Positions 60,986 through 64,000 of a stretch of DNA of 64,000 nucleotides are shown one piece after another. Source of the DNA: an uncultured delta proteobacterium. GTDB taxonomy: Bacteria > Myxococcota_A > Polyangia > Polyangiales > JAFGIB01. Within the stretch, counting starts at the first letter, position 1. Each line of letters opens with the position of its first letter. The notes below the pieces were generated by a model that was given only the letters and a program-made list of their open reading frames with translations, was not told the DNA's origin and made no database searches. The stretch spans positions 384,001-448,000 of the forward strand of contig CAVZVA010000005.1 in assembly GCA_963778655.1 (NCBI GenBank), in the 5' to 3' direction. A program made the translations under genes and the position numbers.

Positions 60986-61176
60986 AATGAAGTCCCATCC
61001 GTCTGCGTGACCCGCGCTGCGGCTGCCGCGGCCTCGGCGTAGTGCGCCCGCCCGTGTCGAGCTCGCGCTTGCAGCGGCCGAGCGCGTGGGGCAGCGCGCG
61101 CTGCGTGCGCCGGGTCCTTTTCACCGTGTGCTGCAGATCCGCGCTCGGTTCGCACGCCGTCCCCTTCAAGCAGGCA

Positions 61177-61276
61177 ATTCGACTCGAATGTTCGAGAATC
61201 GATTCTCGCGCGTGCGGCATCTCGCAGAACCATGCCGCTCCGGCGCAGGAGGATATCCGAGCGTGAACCCGGTTCA
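61177..61276. promoter_or_regulatory. Cluster of palindromes in the divergent promoter region upstream of the sterol operon
   Basis: 'attcgactcgaat' 61177-61189, perfect 'cgagaatcgattctcg' 61193-61208, 'tgaacccggttca' 61264-61276. Confidence 0.35.
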
Positions 61277-61553
61277 ACCCCGCCGTTGGGCCGGGCCGGC
61301 GCCTGCGCCAGCGGCCGGTCTCGTGGCCGCGTCCAACGGGGACGCGGTCCGGTGGCGTATGACCAAGATCGGCCTGCTAGCCCATGCAGCATGCGATCGC
61401 ACGGATTTCCCACGATATTCGGGCGTGCACCTGGCCTCGCCCGAGCCGGGCATATGGTTGCGGGGCCATGGCCAGCGCCGCGTCGGGCGCCGCCGCGGGC
61501 CGCAGCCGGGCGTACCCGCACCGGCCTCGAGCTCCCGTGGTAGCGTGCCCGGC

Positions 61554-62258
61554 GTGCGCATTCGGCAGATCGCGCTGGTGGCCCGCGAGCTCGATACGGT
61601 GGTCGCCGAGCTGTGCGACGCGCTCGAGCTGGAGCTCTGTTTTCGCGACCCAGGGGTGGCGCAGTTCGGGCTGCACAACGCGCTGATGGCGATCGGCGAC
61701 ACCTTCCTCGAGGTGGTCTCGCCGCAGCGCTCGGGCACTACCGCCGGGCGCCTGCTCGATCGCCGCGGCGGCGACGGCGGGTACATGGTGCTGTTGCAGA
61801 CCGACGACTTGGCGGCCGACCGCGCGCGCGCGCAAGCGCTCGGCGTGCGCGTTGTGTGGGAGATCGCGCTGCCCGACATCGCCAGCGTGCACCTGCACCC
61901 CAAGGACACCGGCGGCGCGATCGTCTCGCTCGATCAGCCGGTGCCGCCCGCGTCGTGGCGCTGGGGCGGGCCGTCATGGCAGCAGGTCGCGCGCGGCCGC
62001 GACGCGCGCATCGTCGGCGCAGAGCTGCAGGCCGAGCGTCCCGAGGCGATGGCCGCCCGCTGGGCGGCCGTGCTCGGCCTGCGGCACGCGCCGCTCGGCG
62101 AGGGCGCGTTCGGGATCGCCCTGCAGGGCTCAGCGCTGCGCTTCGTGCCGGTGCGCGACGGCCGTGGCGAAGGCTTGTCGGGCTTCGACGTGCAAGGCCC
62201 CGGCACGCCCCGCCCCCGTGAGCTCGCGCTCTGCGGCGTGCGTATACGGGTGGCGTGA
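61554..62258 (+). CDS. VOC/glyoxalase-like family protein
   Basis: 'RIRQIALVA', 'FGLHNALMAIGDTFLEVVSP', 'GGDGGYM', 'HLHPKDTGG'. Confidence 0.82.
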   Translation: MRIRQIALVARELDTVVAELCDALELELCFRDPGVAQFGLHNALMAIGDTFLEVVSPQRSGTTAGRLLDRRGGDGGYMVLLQTDDLAADRARAQALGVRVVWEIALPDIASVHLHPKDTGGAIVSLDQPVPPASWRWGGPSWQQVARGRDARIVGAELQAERPEAMAARWAAVLGLRHAPLGEGAFGIALQGSALRFVPVRDGRGEGLSGFDVQGPGTPRPRELALCGVRIRVA

Positions 62259-62277
62259 CCCGCCACCCGTATACGCA
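62239..62277. terminator. Perfect 17-bp stem hairpin with the VOC stop codon in its loop
   Basis: 'tgcgtatacgggtggcg-tgacc-cgccacccgtatacgca'. Confidence 0.45.
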
Positions 62278-62288
62278 ACTCCCGTGAC

Positions 62289-62340
62289 CGGGAGGGTCAC
62301 GCGACCCTCCCGCGGGGTCGCTTCACTTCGCTTCGCGTTC
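62289..62340. repeat. REP-like element, family B (reverse orientation)
   Basis: 'cgggagggtcacgcgaccctcccg' followed by 'ggtcgcttcacttcgcttcgc'. Confidence 0.5.
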
Positions 62341-62413
62341 TCGGTTTGTGTTGCGCTGATCGGCGAGCTGCGCGCGCGTGATCTCGGGGCGATTCCGGGC
62401 TACAACGCCCGCC

Positions 62414-63238
62414 ATGACCGACGCCAGAGCGACCCTGATCGAGGCCGCGTTCGCGGACCGCGCGCTGCTCCGCCAGCCCTCCCACCGGGAAGCCGTGCTC
62501 GAGACGATCGAGGATCTCGACAAGGGCAGGCTGCGCGTGGCCTCGCCCCCGGCCGACCCCGCCAAGGAGTGGACCGTCAACCTCTGGGTCAAGCAGGCCG
62601 TGCTGCTCTACTTCGCCGTGCGCGGGATGGAGAAGATGGAAGCGGGCCCGTTCGAGTACTACGACAAGATCCCGCTCAAGCGCGACCTCGACAAGGCCGG
62701 CGTGCGTGTGGTGCCGCCGGGCACCGCGCGCTACGGCTCCTTCCTGGAGGAGGGCAGCATTCTGATGCCGGGCTACGTCAACATCGGCGCGCGCGTCGGC
62801 CGTGGCACGCATGGTCGACACCTGGGCCACCGTGGGCTCGTGCGCGCAGATCGGCCGCGACGTGCATCTGGCCGGCGGCGTCGGCATCGGCGGTGTGCTC
62901 GAGCCGGCCGAGGCGCGACCGGTCGTGATCGAGGACGGCGCGTTCATCGGCTCGCGCTGCGTGGTGGTGGGCGGCGTGCGCGTGCGCCGCGACGCGGTGC
63001 TCGGCGCCAACGTGGTGCTCACGCCGAGCGTGCCGATCATCGACGTCACCGGCCCCGAGCCCAAGGAGCACCGCGGCGAGGTGCCGGAGCGCGCCGTGGT
63101 CATCCCCGGTACGCGCAAGAAGCAGTTCCCGGCCGGCGAGTTCGGCGTGCCCTGCGCGCTGATCATCGGCCAGCGCAGCGCGGGCACCGACCGCAAGGTC
63201 TCGCTCAACCAGGCGCTGCGCGACTTCCAGGTGTCGGT

Positions 63239-63242
<4 letters not shown>
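62414..63242 (+). CDS. dapD: Tetrahydrodipicolinate N-succinyltransferase, apparent +1 frameshift at ~62810
   Basis: First frame from ATG 62414: 'WTVNLWVKQAVLLYF', 'YYDKIP', 'RVVPPG', 'MPGYVNIGA'. Second frame: 'MVDTWATVGSCAQIG', 'GGVLEP'. One extra C in 'ggcacgCatggtc'. Confidence 0.92.

Positions 63243-64000
<758 letters not shown>

Overview
A very GC-rich bacterial chromosome segment. Gene content and style point to Myxococcota, probably Polyangia-like (Ser/Thr kinase with a TPR/PEGA partner, pilT/pilC/pilS, icd-mdh-sucCD-ndk, many Pro/Ala-rich lipoproteins); this is an inference. Most of it is housekeeping: gyrA end, hisB-hisA, PMM/manC, trpG-D-C, purM, amidase, glnD, rlmE, rplC, holB, mazG, efp-epmA, xerD, TCA genes, ftsH, dapD-dapE. 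The standout is a two-gene sterol biosynthesis operon at 56431-60985 (minus strand). One ORF fuses a squalene epoxidase to a eukaryote-type squalene synthase, and it overlaps an oxidosqualene cyclase with the DCTAE motif and the cycloartenol-synthase Y/H/I signature. Other oddities are a GlnD whose HD domain has lost its metal ligands, an rplC outside the S10 operon, a pilT-pilC cluster split by a kinase pair, CTAG-bounded ~170-bp MITE-like elements and two dispersed REP-like palindrome families. Two +1 frameshifts (PMM, dapD) suggest indel errors in the assembly. No rRNA, tRNA, CRISPR array, transposase or prophage was recognised. All calls come from motif recognition by eye; no database search was run.
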